A stretch of 44,017 nt of DNA from Macrostomum lignano (lineage: Eukaryota): positions 174,485 to 218,501 of the forward strand of contig NIVC01000810.1 in assembly GCA_002269645.1 (NCBI GenBank), read 5' to 3'. The notes beneath the pieces were generated by a model. It was not told the origin of the DNA. It worked only from the letters and a program-made list of their open reading frames with translations, and searched no databases. The number at the start of each line of letters is the position of its first letter. Position 1 is the stretch's first letter. Shown here one piece after another: positions 43,501-44,017 of this stretch. The translations under genes and the position numbers were made by a program.

Positions 43501-44017
43501 GTTTGTACACACCGTGTGTTTGTGCATACCGTTGTTTGTGCACACCGTGTGTTTGTGCACACCGCGTGTTTGTGCACACCACACCGTGTGTGTTGTGCAC
43601 ACGTGTGTTTGTGCACACCGGTGTTTGTGCACACCGTGTGTTTGTGCACACCTGTGTTTGTCATACCGTGTGTTTGTGCACACCGTGTGTTTGTGCACAC
43701 CGTGTGTTTGTGCATACCGTGTGTTTGTGCAACCGTGTGTTTGTGCACACCGTGTGTTTGTGCATACCGTGTGTTTGTGCACACGCGTGTGTTTGTGCAC
43801 ACCGCGTGTTTGTGCACACCGTGTGTTTGTCACACCGTGTGTTTGTGCATACCGTGTGTTTGTGCACACCGTGTGTTTGTGCACACCGTGTGTTTGTGCA
43901 TACCGTGTGTTTGTGCACACCGTGTGTTTGTGCACACCGTGTGTTTGTGCACACCGTGTGTTTGTGCACACCGTTGTTTGTGCATACCGTGTGTTTGTGC
44001 ATACCGTGTGTTTGTGC
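34561..44017. repeat. 17-bp satellite (CACACCGTGTGTTTGTG), >9.4 kb, ~550 copies, runs off the window
   Basis: Tandem units with CATACC, GAGCAC, GTACAC and CGCGTG variants; unit-shortening indels become frequent after about 39700. Confidence 0.99.

Noticed and set aside
34533-44002. Giant ORFs of up to 3094 aa ([17 protein letters not shown] repeats), also seen at 27662-28441
   Set aside because: Translation artefact of a 17-bp unit lacking stop codons; several frames on both strands stay open over long stretches, and the array sits in an intron position.

Overview
Eukaryotic (metazoan) genomic DNA, not prokaryotic. It has GC-rich spliced exons, AT-rich introns and very many mini/microsatellites; this texture resembles the flatworm Macrostomum, which is my inference only. 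Hand-spliced, phase-consistent GT-AG gene models: (1) a small Ly6/three-finger-like GPI-type protein (664-1249,+); (2) DRC1/CCDC164 (12501-7514,-, 6 exons, 724 aa); (3) a bestrophin head-to-head with DRC1 (13583-19572,+, 8 exons); (4) a 16-exon, ~983-aa type I membrane receptor (29580-21008,-) built as signal peptide, F-type-lectin-like domain, six atypical Ig-like domains, TM, and a tail with ITIM-like and ITSM motifs; (5) the 5' part of a second, divergently oriented copy of that receptor (33769-34496,+), with a different signal-peptide exon but an identical lectin exon, followed by a >9.4-kb 17-bp satellite. Mobile DNA includes a young 5'-truncated RNase H-bearing LINE inside a 15-bp minisatellite, a decayed Tc1 (DD34E) with TIRs and a nested insertion, an RTE-like fragment, a tRNA-derived SINE and a MITE nested in a dispersed repeat. 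The best candidate for an undescribed system is a head-to-head pair of Siglec-analogous lectin-Ig receptors whose ligand-binding exon appears homogenised between copies. All gene models were spliced by hand and need RNA support.
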